DNA of 64,000 bases from Candidatus Woesearchaeota archaeon (GCA_964355745.1 CAYHEN010000001.1:17-64016); one strand, 5' to 3'. Positions 48,664-57,896 are shown, counted from the first letter of the stretch. A program made the numbers and translations. The notes: a model not told the origin generated them from the letters alone.

Positions 48664-49889
48664 TTCTCAATTGCCAAATTTAATTCTATTTTATTTTTCA
48701 TAAATTTCTGAATATCTGCGCCTTGCTGATAACATTCAAATGCCTGTCGCATTGCTCTTGCTCCTGCTTCTGTTCCAAGAGGATGTCCCTGCATTGCTCC
48801 TCCTACATTCATCATTAAATCAGTCCCAAAATTGCCTATTGTTGTATTAACCAATCCAGGATGACTTCCGCATGATAAAGAAGGAACAGTCGGGTTGTAA
48901 GTATTTCCTTCTCTTAAAGATTCCATCACTCTTGACAGATCCTCTTTTGTATCAGAAAGATACCCCCCCCACATCCCTGCATGTATAAAATCAGAACCCA
49001 TCATTCTTGCTAATTTGCAAAGAACATTCCAGTCGATGCTGAAGTCATGTTTTTTATTTGTTATAACTTTGTCTCCGCTCTTCTGAAAGAAAATCGCACT
49101 TTTCAAATCCAAGTCTCTAAGAGTCCTATATGCTGAAAGTCCTGCCCAAAAATTTAAATGCAGTGCTTTTGCTCCATTTTCTGAAGCGAATTTTGCTCTT
49201 TCTAACAAATAAGGATAATCAGAATTTATACATGGAGCATAAAATATTTCTCTTTTCTGCTTTGCTGAAAATTCATTAACTATATCTGAAACTCTTTTTA
49301 CTCTCTCTTTAAACCTACAAAAATAAGGATTTCCCAAGATTTCATCTTCTTTAATAAAATCAACTCCTCCTGCTAACATTTCTTTAATCATCTCTTCTAA
49401 TTGAGAGACTGTAATCCCTGTTTTGGGTTTAACTATCCCCCCAAGCAGCGGCCTATCAACTGCTCCTGCTCTTCTTTTGATATCTTTTATCCCAAATTTT
49501 GGACCTTTGTACTCTTCTAAAAATTTCTTAGGAAAGCCGATATCAATAAGTCTGCAGGATTTAATTTCATCTATATCCATTTGCCCCCCCATAAGCGTGC
49601 ATAGTAATTGAGTTATCCCATCTTCATAAATATCAAAATTAATTAAAGGATAAGCAATCTGAACAATTCCGTTTGAAGGAGCAATTTCATTTACATTGAT
49701 AATTTTTGCTAAATTATTCTTGAATATTTCCGGAGAATCTCTCTGGGTTCTAATTTCTGGATTTCCGATTGACTGTCCTATTGCAATATCTTTTGTAGCC
49801 TTTGTTAGATCTTTGCTCCTAATTGAATACGTTGCAATAATATTTTCTTCTCCATCCACCTTAGATTGAAAGATATATTCGTCAATCAT
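48645..49889 (-). CDS. RuBisCO large-subunit family protein, probably a RuBisCO-like protein (RLP)
   Basis: GGIVKPKTGI matches the KPK(L)G motif. GGVDFIKEDE matches GGLDFTKDDE (carbamylated-Lys motif). FIHAGMWGGYLSD aligns to HIHSGTVVGKLEG. VGGAMQGHPLGTEAGARAMRQA aligns to [21 protein letters not shown]. In my alignment the positions of H294/R295 and K334 are not conserved. Confidence 0.7.
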   Translation of the reverse strand: MIDEYIFQSKVDGEENIIATYSIRSKDLTKATKDIAIGQSIGNPEIRTQRDSPEIFKNNLAKIINVNEIAPSNGIVQIAYPLINFDIYEDGITQLLCTLMGGQMDIDEIKSCRLIDIGFPKKFLEEYKGPKFGIKDIKRRAGAVDRPLLGGIVKPKTGITVSQLEEMIKEMLAGGVDFIKEDEILGNPYFCRFKERVKRVSDIVNEFSAKQKREIFYAPCINSDYPYLLERAKFASENGAKALHLNFWAGLSAYRTLRDLDLKSAIFFQKSGDKVITNKKHDFSIDWNVLCKLARMMGSDFIHAGMWGGYLSDTKEDLSRVMESLREGNTYNPTVPSLSCGSHPGLVNTTIGNFGTDLMMNVGGAMQGHPLGTEAGARAMRQAFECYQQGADIQKFMKNKIELNLAIEKWGYVK

Positions 49890-50008
49890 ACCTGAAACTG
49901 CGATTAAGAATTTATAAATATATATGCAATAATAAAGAATATTTCATATTTTTGAAGCATATTTCATAACAAAGAAATCTTTATAAAAAAGAAATTGTAG
50001 ACTTGTAA

Positions 50009-51811
50009 GTGGAAGAAAGAAATGTAGAATTATTTGTTCCTGGCAGATTATGTTTGTTTGGGGAGCATTCTGATTGGGCAGGAGGACATAGGGTACAAAA
50101 TTCCAAAATTGGAAAAGGATATACTATTGTTGTTCCTACAAACCAAGGGACATATGCAAGAGTAAAAAAAATTGATGAATCTCTTTTTAGATTAAAGACT
50201 GCCTTAAATGAAAAAAATATAGAAATCCCATTAAAAAAAGAAGAGTTATTAAAAATCGCAGAAGATGGAGGCTTTTTTAGTTATATTGCCGGAGTTATTT
50301 ATGAAATCATAGAGAGTTACGAGCAATGCACAAAACACGGAATTGAAATAGATAATTACAAAACTGATCTTCCTATTAAAAGCGGACTCTCAAGTTCAGC
50401 ATCAATATGTGTTCTTGTAGTAGAAGCGTTTAATAAAATATACGGACTTGGATGCACTAAAAGAAGAATTATGGAATTGGCTTATTTGGGGGAAATAACA
50501 ACTCCTTCTAGATGTGGAAGAATGGACCAAGCCTGTGCCTATAAAAAACCAGTATTGATGATTTTTGATGGGAATAGAGTTAATGTAGAAGAATTAAATA
50601 TCCAAAAAGAGCTCTATCTTTTAATTGTGGATTTAAAAAAGGGGAAAAATACAGTCAAAATTCTTGCAAATTTAAATGAAGGTTTTCCTTGGCCAAGAGA
50701 TGAAAGAGAAAAACAAAAGCATGAGTATTTAGGGCCAATTAATAAACAAATTGTTCTGAGTGCTAAAAAATTTATTGAGGGGGGAGATGCCATAAAAACA
50801 GGGGTAATGATGACTTTGGCTCAGAATTTTTTTGATTCCTATCTAAAAGAATTTTGTCCAGAGGAACTTGAAGCCCTTGTATTGCATTCTGTTTTAGAGA
50901 TGCCAGAGATTCAAAAATTTATTTATGGAGGAAAAGGAGTTGGGAGTGGTGGTGATGGTAGTGCGCAAATTATCTGCAAGTCTAAAGAAGATAGGGAAGA
51001 GGTTAAAAAAATATTAGAATCTAAGAGTTTTGGATGTTTAGATTTAGATTTAATTCCATCTGAAAGATACATAGATAAAAAAATCAAGGCTATAATTCCT
51101 GCAGGAGGCTTTGGTGAAAGATTATACCCTTTAACTGAAGAAAAACCTAAATCTCTACTGGAAATTAAAGGAAGAGCTTTAATCGATTATACAATTGATA
51201 AAATTAATGAAATAAAAAATATTAGTGAAATAATTATAGTCACAAACAATCTTTTTTATAAACAATTTTTAGAATGGAAAAAAAGAAGAAAAGAGAATAT
51301 AAAAATTATAAATAATGGTATAAATTCAAGCCAAGAACTTTCAAGCGGATTGGGAAACCTTTCAATTGCAATTAATAATGGAGATGTAAATGAGGATATC
51401 TTAGTAATTGGTGGAGACAATTTCTTTGAATGTTCCCTAAATGAGATTTATAATATTTTTAAAAAAGAAGAAAAAGAATTGGCTATATTTCATCATGTTC
51501 AAGACATAGAAAGAGCAAAGAGTTTGGGGGTTGCTCAAATTAAAGACAACATACTCGTAGATTTCAAAGAAAAACCAGAAAATCCAAAATCTACTATATG
51601 CTCCACTAGTGCTTATTTTTATAAAAAAGAAACATTAAACCTGATAAATGATTTTGCGCAGATGCGTATACATGGCCATTTGGGAACTTTATTAGAACAT
51701 CTTTACAAAATTTCCCCTGTCTATGCCCATGTTATAAAAGAAAAATGGATAGACATAAATGATAAAAATGCATTGAAGTTAGCAGACCCAATAACTTATA
51801 GAGATTTATAG
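50009..51811 (+). CDS. Fusion: GHMP sugar kinase + sugar-1-phosphate nucleotidyltransferase
   Basis: N-terminus VPGRLCLFGEHSDWAGG (galactokinase-like signature) and LPIKSGLSSSAS (GHMP motif). C-terminus IKAIIPAGGFGERLYPLTEEKPKSLLEI (NTP_transferase). Confidence 0.65.
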   Translation: MEERNVELFVPGRLCLFGEHSDWAGGHRVQNSKIGKGYTIVVPTNQGTYARVKKIDESLFRLKTALNEKNIEIPLKKEELLKIAEDGGFFSYIAGVIYEIIESYEQCTKHGIEIDNYKTDLPIKSGLSSSASICVLVVEAFNKIYGLGCTKRRIMELAYLGEITTPSRCGRMDQACAYKKPVLMIFDGNRVNVEELNIQKELYLLIVDLKKGKNTVKILANLNEGFPWPRDEREKQKHEYLGPINKQIVLSAKKFIEGGDAIKTGVMMTLAQNFFDSYLKEFCPEELEALVLHSVLEMPEIQKFIYGGKGVGSGGDGSAQIICKSKEDREEVKKILESKSFGCLDLDLIPSERYIDKKIKAIIPAGGFGERLYPLTEEKPKSLLEIKGRALIDYTIDKINEIKNISEIIIVTNNLFYKQFLEWKKRRKENIKIINNGINSSQELSSGLGNLSIAINNGDVNEDILVIGGDNFFECSLNEIYNIFKKEEKELAIFHHVQDIERAKSLGVAQIKDNILVDFKEKPENPKSTICSTSAYFYKKETLNLINDFAQMRIHGHLGTLLEHLYKISPVYAHVIKEKWIDINDKNALKLADPITYRDL

Positions 51812-51815
51812 AAAG

Positions 51816-52613
51816 TTATCTTAACAATTTCTTTTTATTGAGGAGGTATTGTTCAATTCCACCTATACAATGGTCTGCTGCTAATCCTCCCTTTACTCCC
51901 CCTTCTTTTAAGAATTTGGAAAGAGAATCTGTATCTGTTGGCAAAAACCATAAATCAGAATGTTCTTTATTTTCTGGGTTTAATCTCAGTTTTGTATGGG
52001 GAACTCTCAAGGGAATATAAATATAAGTAGTTAAATCTGTGTTGCTTCCTCTGGACAATCCAAGAAATCTTGCGTCTTGAATATCAAATGCACTTTCTGG
52101 ACAAAGCAAATCATACGCTCCCTCTTCATGGCATTCAGAATATGCAACACTAAATGGGTTTTTAGGAGGTAAATTCTTTTCATTGTCAAAGAATCCTGAG
52201 CCAAAAAAGCAAAGTCCTCTTTGATCAGAGATTCCTCCTCTTACTGCAATCGGTATAAAACCGTCAGTTGTTTCTTGGATTGAATTAACTGTTATTGGTG
52301 ATGGGTAGAAAGAATCTGGCATTCCCTTTGTCTCTCTTAGAATATTGTGCCAAACATATTTTGTTGGACTTACCCATAGATGTAAATTTTTATCGGAATC
52401 AAAAGTGTATCCCTCATATCTCCATGCACCTTCACGAAGGGGACGTTTACCTCCACTTTTTTTGTTCCATTTTTCTTCTATTTCTCTTTCAAGGCTGGGG
52501 GGTAATACAAAAGTAGATTCTCTTTCTCCCATTAAAACCTGATTACATCCGAGAAATGGAGGTTCTGGTTCTAAAAAGAAAGTTAGATTTTTACCATATT
52601 CTGATCTTCTCAT
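51816..52613 (-). CDS. Hypothetical protein
   Basis: 265-aa ORF. No confident motif. Confidence 0.4.
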   Translation of the reverse strand: MRRSEYGKNLTFFLEPEPPFLGCNQVLMGERESTFVLPPSLEREIEEKWNKKSGGKRPLREGAWRYEGYTFDSDKNLHLWVSPTKYVWHNILRETKGMPDSFYPSPITVNSIQETTDGFIPIAVRGGISDQRGLCFFGSGFFDNEKNLPPKNPFSVAYSECHEEGAYDLLCPESAFDIQDARFLGLSRGSNTDLTTYIYIPLRVPHTKLRLNPENKEHSDLWFLPTDTDSLSKFLKEGGVKGGLAADHCIGGIEQYLLNKKKLLR

Positions 52614-52698
52614 TAAGGAAATCTTGTTTTCTTAGTTTAAAAGGTTTTATATCCCTTTTTGTATATAATTTTATAAAAGGTTTTTTCTTGTAAAATCT

Positions 52699-53679
52699 GT
52701 GAAAAATCCAAAAGTATCTATAATTATTCCTTCGAGAAGCGTGGATTCTTTGACTGAAAAATGCATTCAAGAGTGTTTAAACTTGGATTATGACAACTTC
52801 GAAATTATATTGTCTGTGGCAGTTAAAAACAAAAGTTTCAAAGACAAGAGAGTTAAAATAATTGAAGTCGGAGAGGTTAAACCATCTATAAAAAGAAATA
52901 TGGCGATGAAGAAAGCAAATGGAGAATTTTTGGCATTTATTGACTCTGATGCATATCCAAGAAAGGATTGGCTGAAAAATGCAATTAGATATTTTGACGA
53001 TGAAAAAATAGGAATTGTTGGTGGTCCAAATTTAACCCCTCCAGAAGGAAATTTTGCTGAAAGAGTTTCTGGTTATGTTCTTTCTAATTTTTGGGCAAGC
53101 GGATTTGCTTATTTAAGATACAGGATAACCGAAAATCAGTTCGTTAAAATGATGCCTTCGTGTAATTATATCTCTCGGAAAAAAATTTCTCCAGAGTATG
53201 ATTCTGGATTTCTGACTGCAGAGGATTCTAAATTCTGTTTTGAAATTAAAAAAAGGGGGTATAAAATATTTTATGCTGGGAATGTCGTGGTATATCATCA
53301 TAGAAGAGATACAATGAAGAAACATATTAAACAAATGTTTATTTATGGCAGGGATATGAGTTGGTTAATTAAGGAAGAATTTTCTCTTGATAAATTATAT
53401 TTCTCTCTGTTGAGTCTTTTTAGCTTAGGATTTGTCGCAGGGATTATTTTGTCTATTTTCTCTCTAACAGTTAGAATATTTTTTTTATATTTAGTTTTTA
53501 TTTATGCATTGATTATCTTATTTACTAGTATTCATGAAAATATAAAAACAACTTTTTGGGTTAGCATAATTACAATACTAACACATTTTTCCTATGGGTT
53601 TGGTTTTTTATATGCGGCACTATTCAAAAATTCGAAAGAAAAGGCAGTTTATCCTACACTAAAATCAAATAGCGTCTAA
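52699..53679 (+). CDS. Glycosyltransferase family 2 with C-terminal TM helices
   Basis: VSIIIPSRS and FIDSDAY (DxD). C-terminus hydrophobic. Confidence 0.7.
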   Translation: MKNPKVSIIIPSRSVDSLTEKCIQECLNLDYDNFEIILSVAVKNKSFKDKRVKIIEVGEVKPSIKRNMAMKKANGEFLAFIDSDAYPRKDWLKNAIRYFDDEKIGIVGGPNLTPPEGNFAERVSGYVLSNFWASGFAYLRYRITENQFVKMMPSCNYISRKKISPEYDSGFLTAEDSKFCFEIKKRGYKIFYAGNVVVYHHRRDTMKKHIKQMFIYGRDMSWLIKEEFSLDKLYFSLLSLFSLGFVAGIILSIFSLTVRIFFLYLVFIYALIILFTSIHENIKTTFWVSIITILTHFSYGFGFLYAALFKNSKEKAVYPTLKSNSV

Positions 53680-54132
53680 GTTAGTCAATTTTTTAAAAAT
53701 AAAAAGATTATAAATAACAGAAAGTTTGCTGAATCTCTGTTCAAACATTATTTCTGTGATGAAATCAACAAATAAATGAAAGAGGAACCCAATAAAAATA
53801 AAATTAAAAATTGGATATAAATAAAACCCAAGAAAAAGAAGAATGATTAAACTTTCTACTCCGTGGAGAAAGTAAAATCCAAGATAAATCTTCTTTTTCT
53901 GCTCCTTGCTCATAGAATAAAGCTTTCTTATATTTTTTATATACCATTTATAAGCTGTAAAAGGATTCAAATCATTTTTCTTAAAAATATAATAAATGTA
54001 ATGGTCTATGTCTATAACAACTGAGGACAGGAGAATAATCGTTAAACCAAAAATGGAAATTATTGGAGAAAAAAAGAAATATAAAATAGCCACAAAAACA
54101 ATTCCCAAAATAAAGTGAATTTGTGGTAGCAT
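53665..54132 (-). CDS. Small polytopic membrane protein
   Basis: Four hydrophobic helices and a DIDHY motif. Unknown family. Confidence 0.4.
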   Translation of the reverse strand: MLPQIHFILGIVFVAILYFFFSPIISIFGLTIILLSSVVIDIDHYIYYIFKKNDLNPFTAYKWYIKNIRKLYSMSKEQKKKIYLGFYFLHGVESLIILLFLGFYLYPIFNFIFIGFLFHLFVDFITEIMFEQRFSKLSVIYNLFIFKKLTNLDAI

Positions 54133-54133
54133 C

Positions 54134-55660
54134 TTATTCCTGAATCATATTTACAATGTCTGCAAATGCAGGTCTTGTGATTAAAACTCCTAAGGTAATT
54201 CCTATCAACGTCATAATCGCAAATCCCTTTAACAAACCCGCTCCTGCCCATAAAAGAGGCAATAATGAAACTACTACTGTAAAATATGCTCCTAAAATTA
54301 TTGTAAATGCCCGTTTTATTCTCTGTTTAACGCTTAAAACTTCTTTTGTTTTTGCTTCATCCAATACAACAATTTGGTCATCTACTCCTGTCCCTATTGC
54401 GGCAAGGATTCCTGCTATTCCCGCCAAATCTAAATCCTGTCTTAAAAGTGCTGCTATTCCCAAAGTAATTATTATTTCAGAAGTACAGATGAGCAAAGGA
54501 GGGATTGCTAATCTGAATTTTTTGTATTTTATGAATATTATAATCGCTACAGAAAGCAATGCTATAACTCCTGCAAGAAGTATGTATTTCGTAAAGTTAG
54601 TTCCAAGCGTAGGAGAGATTGTCTGAAGCTTAACAATTTCTAACTTGAAAGGCAGACTTCCTGTGATTAAAATTGTCTGAAGATTTTTCATTTGTGCTTC
54701 TGCATCTTTTACTGCATCTAATTGTGTTTCTCCAAAACCACTTCCAGTAATCTGAATTTGTGTTGTTACTCTTCCCTTCAAGTTCTCACTTATCAGCAGA
54801 CTATCAACTAAATTATCATCTAAATACAAATCTAATTTTTTAGAAAGGTAATTTCCCTGAGAAGTTAAATTAACACTTATGTTGCTTGTTATTGCTGCGT
54901 GTCTCTCTGCAGCGGTTTGGCTTAAATAAACAGTAAATCTAAACTCGCAAAAATACCCTCCTTGTGGATTCTGATTACAAGAATAAACTCCTGAATCCTG
55001 TCCTCCTCTCGCCACATCAGAGATATCTTTTTCTCCTCCAATAAAAACAGTTTCATTTCCTATTTTGGCTTCAAATTTTCCCTGCTGAGAGATTAAATTT
55101 TCTAAATCTTTTGGAGTTGCTCCTGCAATTTCTACTAACATAAAATAATCTCCATACAAATCCCTGATTGGCCTTACAGTAATGTCAGAAATTCCGTAAA
55201 CATTAAACCTATTGCTAATTACATTTACTAAATCATTAATCTCGTTAGAACTTAGTTTATGATTTTCTGCTCTTACTAATGCTCTCGAACCCCCTGATAA
55301 ATCCAGTCCTGTTTTCAAATTGGTTTTTGGAAGACTGGAAACAGTTATCCCTAACGAATCATTTGAATAGATGACATATTCTCCACTTGTTGTAGTTATC
55401 GTTGTCTTTATTTTTTCATTGGAAATAAATTTCTCCTGTATAATCTTGGAATAATCCTCGATACTGCTTATTGCTTTTCCATCTATAGAAGTAATTACTT
55501 GTTTGGCTCTTACTCCTTGTTCAAAGACAGAGGAGTTTTGTTCAACACTGGTTATTTCAACTCCTTTTTGCATAAAATTCGGAGTAATAAAAATAGAAAT
55601 CAAGGCTAAAGCTAAAAAAATCAGCCAAAGCCAGATTCTAAAGGTGAATTTAATTTTCAT
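54134..55660 (-). CDS. secD: Protein-export membrane protein SecD
   Basis: N-terminal TM, large extracytoplasmic domain, then a C-terminal 5-TM bundle with LIGITLGVLITRPAF. Follows secF, which is the archaeal gene order. Confidence 0.7.
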   Translation of the reverse strand: MKIKFTFRIWLWLIFLALALISIFITPNFMQKGVEITSVEQNSSVFEQGVRAKQVITSIDGKAISSIEDYSKIIQEKFISNEKIKTTITTTSGEYVIYSNDSLGITVSSLPKTNLKTGLDLSGGSRALVRAENHKLSSNEINDLVNVISNRFNVYGISDITVRPIRDLYGDYFMLVEIAGATPKDLENLISQQGKFEAKIGNETVFIGGEKDISDVARGGQDSGVYSCNQNPQGGYFCEFRFTVYLSQTAAERHAAITSNISVNLTSQGNYLSKKLDLYLDDNLVDSLLISENLKGRVTTQIQITGSGFGETQLDAVKDAEAQMKNLQTILITGSLPFKLEIVKLQTISPTLGTNFTKYILLAGVIALLSVAIIIFIKYKKFRLAIPPLLICTSEIIITLGIAALLRQDLDLAGIAGILAAIGTGVDDQIVVLDEAKTKEVLSVKQRIKRAFTIILGAYFTVVVSLLPLLWAGAGLLKGFAIMTLIGITLGVLITRPAFADIVNMIQE

Positions 55661-56696
55661 GTTTGTTCTTCAACACATACCATTTAATTATTGAAACATT
55701 AGTAAGCCATGTATTAATCAAATCAAACATTAAACCAATAAGCATAATTGTAAAAATCTGAGAGAGTATAGAAGAGAATGAACCAATAACAATTAATACA
55801 ATTAAAACAGAAAAGATAGATGTGAGAGTCATTGTGATTCCTGTCTTGAATGAATCAAACAATTTTCTGTTTAGACTTCCTCCCTCTCTTTTTATCGCTT
55901 TTATTGTAAGCAAAATATCTGTATCTACACTGTATCCGATAAGCATCAAGAATGCAACAATTCCTGCACTTGAAATTGAAATTCCCAAAAGGTTAACTAA
56001 AACTAAAGTCATGAATATGTCTGCAAAAGCAGAAAAAATTACAGCCATTGAGGGGATGCTGTATTTTATATAAAAGAAAAGATTTACTAAAAAGATTGTC
56101 CCTGAAAAAATAAATGCTTGATTGATTGAAATTACATGTATTGCAAAAAAGAGGAAAGGAGTTAATAAAGACAAAAATACTAACAAAGTCTTAATCTTTG
56201 TGTTCTTTGAGAAGATAAAGAAAACGACTGTCCCCATAAAGGTGAATGCAAATAAAATTGCCAGTATTAATTGTGAATAAAACCCTTCACTCAAAGTAGA
56301 GCCAGTAAATTCAAAACTGCTGTTCTCGTCATTTAATTCATACCCAAGATAGCCTTCAAGAACTTCTCTTGTCTGTGAGTCATTGCTTCTTGTTTCTACT
56401 ATCACTGCAATCTGTTTTTGAGTTATCAAATCAGAAATTTCTCGAATCTGAACTCCTTCAAGTTTGCTTGAAATTGCATTTCTTAAATCTGCTAAGTCGA
56501 TATTTTCATCATTGATAGTTACAGAAGTTCCTCCTGTCAGAGAAACGTCCTTATTAATAAAATCATGGTGTTGCGAATAAAAAAATCCCATATAAACAAA
56601 ACTTGATACGATTAAAATTAGGGGAATTAAGAGCAAAATCTTATAATTCTTGTCATGAAACTTTGTGAATTTTTCTTTAAATTTTTCTTTTTCCAT
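55650..56696 (-). CDS. secF: Protein-export membrane protein SecF
   Basis: Single N-terminal TM, periplasmic domain (VSLTGGTSVTI), and a C-terminal TM bundle. Overlaps secD by 11 nt. Confidence 0.65.
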   Translation of the reverse strand: MEKEKFKEKFTKFHDKNYKILLLIPLILIVSSFVYMGFFYSQHHDFINKDVSLTGGTSVTINDENIDLADLRNAISSKLEGVQIREISDLITQKQIAVIVETRSNDSQTREVLEGYLGYELNDENSSFEFTGSTLSEGFYSQLILAILFAFTFMGTVVFFIFSKNTKIKTLLVFLSLLTPFLFFAIHVISINQAFIFSGTIFLVNLFFYIKYSIPSMAVIFSAFADIFMTLVLVNLLGISISSAGIVAFLMLIGYSVDTDILLTIKAIKREGGSLNRKLFDSFKTGITMTLTSIFSVLIVLIVIGSFSSILSQIFTIMLIGLMFDLINTWLTNVSIIKWYVLKNKHEN

Positions 56697-56697
56697 T

Positions 56698-57096
56698 TTA
56701 GTGATAAGTTACTTCTAATTTAATTCTATCTGGGTCTTCAAAATATACAGCATAATAATTCTCTCCATATTCGGGGTATTGTTTAGGGCTGTTGTAAAGA
56801 ACTGTTTCTTTTTTGTTTGACAAAAACCTATTAAAAAATTCATCAACTTCTTGCTTAGAATTAACTTTAAATGCTATATGGTTTAAACCTGTGCTTTTTC
56901 TATGAAATTTTTTATCTTTAAAATTAGATTCTGTTTCAACTACCCAGAATGAAAAATCATCATTTATCCAACTTATTATACTCTCTTCTTCCATAAATTT
57001 TTTCCAGTCAAGAATTTTAAACATTTCCGAATAGAATTTCTTAGATTTTTCAAAATCAGAAACATTAACTTGTATGTGAATTATTTTTCCTTTCAT
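56698..57096 (-). CDS. VOC / glyoxalase-family protein
   Basis: HIQVNVSDFEKSKKFY...LNHIAFKV...EVDEFF resembles the glyoxalase/bleomycin-resistance fold. The track ORF extends to 57153 only by translating antisense tRNA-Gly, so I trimmed the start to ATG 57094-57096. Confidence 0.5.
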   Translation of the reverse strand: MKGKIIHIQVNVSDFEKSKKFYSEMFKILDWKKFMEEESIISWINDDFSFWVVETESNFKDKKFHRKSTGLNHIAFKVNSKQEVDEFFNRFLSNKKETVLYNSPKQYPEYGENYYAVYFEDPDRIKLEVTYH

Positions 57097-57104
57097 GTTA
57101 AAAA

Positions 57105-57177
57105 TGCGCCGACCGGGAATCGAACCCGGACCCTCAGCTTGGAAGGCTGACATTCTACCTTTAAACCATCAGCGCGC
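57105..57177 (-). tRNA. tRNA-Gly (anticodon TCC)
   Basis: Reverse complement GCGCGCTGATGGTTTAAAGGTAGAATGTCAGCCTTCCAAGCTGAGGGTCCGGGTTCGATTCCCGGTCGGCGCA. 7-bp acceptor stem, loop CTTCCAA, GGTTCGATTCC T-arm. CCA not encoded. Confidence 0.8.
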
Positions 57178-57241
57178 TGATAGTATAATAAAGCAGGGCA
57201 TTTTAAATATTATTATTTGGAGAAAGAAGTTTATTACTTAA

Positions 57242-57330
57242 CGCGCCTGGAAGGATTTGAACCTTCGACTTCGTCCTTTCCCAAGAATTGTAGGGGGGAC
57301 GCACTCTAATCCAAGCTGAGTTACAGGCGC
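57242..57330 (-). tRNA. tRNA-Arg (anticodon CCT), with a 13-nt intron
   Basis: Reverse complement GCGCCTGTAACTCAGCTTGGATTAGAGTGCGTCC-CCCCTA[CAATTCTTGGGAA]A-GGACGAAGTCGAAGGTTCAAATCCTTCCAGGCGCG. Acceptor and T-arm are perfect. 20 nt sit between the anticodon-stem halves. A canonical 37/38 intron gives mature loop CCCCTAA. C33 is unusual. Confidence 0.55.
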
Positions 57331-57369
57331 ATGGAATACCTTTTTAAATAACAACTTGGTTTAAAAAAC

Positions 57370-57642
57370 ATGTTGGTTAAAGCATTAGGAGTATTAGATT
57401 TTGTTGGGGGGTTAATTCTTATGTTTAGTTCAGGGGCAAAGATTCCTATATCTGTTTTAATAGTTTTGTCCATAATCTTTCTAATTAAAGCAGGAATTGG
57501 ATTGCTGAAAGAATTCGCAAGCTGGATAGATTTAATCGCGGGAATTGTCTTTATTCTTATGATATTTTTCCCTGTTTATTGGATTGTTTGTTTCATATCA
57601 GGAATTCTATTAATTCAGAAGGGGGTAGTTAGTTTTCTATAA
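57370..57642 (+). CDS. Small membrane protein (90 aa, 3 TM)
   Basis: Hydrophobic ORF between tRNA genes. ATG confirmed. No homology recognised. Confidence 0.35.
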   Translation: MLVKALGVLDFVGGLILMFSSGAKIPISVLIVLSIIFLIKAGIGLLKEFASWIDLIAGIVFILMIFFPVYWIVCFISGILLIQKGVVSFL

Positions 57643-57812
57643 TGCGGGAAATTATTTCATACTGATTATCTTTTCATATAACTCTTTCCAGGAGTAAACT
57701 CTCTCCGCGATATTTGATTCATTCACATTTTTACTCTTAATTCCATCAAAAAGATATCTATATCAAATCCAACTTTTAACGTCCAAGTTTTCATTTTAAA
57801 TTCCAAATAAAA

Positions 57813-57896
57813 TGCGGGAGATAGGATTTGAACCTACGCAGGCACTAAGCCACGAGAGCCTTAATCTCGCCCATTTGACCACTCTGGCACTCCCGC
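57813..57896 (-). tRNA. tRNA-Leu (type II, long variable arm), anticodon ambiguous
   Basis: Reverse complement GCGGGAGTGCCAGAGTGGTCAAATGGGCGAGATTAAGGCTCTCGTGGCTTAGTGCCTGCGTAGGTTCAAATCCTATCTCCCGCA. The best anticodon stem CGAGA/TCTCG gives loop TTAAGGC, which reads AAG. A 1-nt shifted fold reads TAA. Confidence 0.7.

Noticed and set aside
48645-49889. Calling the RuBisCO-family ORF a bona fide CO2-fixing form III RuBisCO
   Set aside because: By-eye alignment suggests H294/R295 and K334 equivalents are substituted, favouring an RLP. I cannot exclude form III without a real alignment, so it stays a finding, not a rejection of the gene.
57097-57153. N-terminal 19 codons of track ORF 56698-57153 (MSAFQAEGPGSIPGRRIFN)
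   Set aside because: This stretch is the reverse-complement translation of tRNA-Gly (57105-57177). The real start is the downstream ATG at 57094-57096.
57644-57653. GCGGGAAAT matching the 5' acceptor end of tRNA-Leu(CAA), about 160 nt from tRNA-Leu at 57813-57896
   Set aside because: Only 7-8 nt of identity and no following D-arm sequence. Too short to call a tRNA fragment or att-site repeat.
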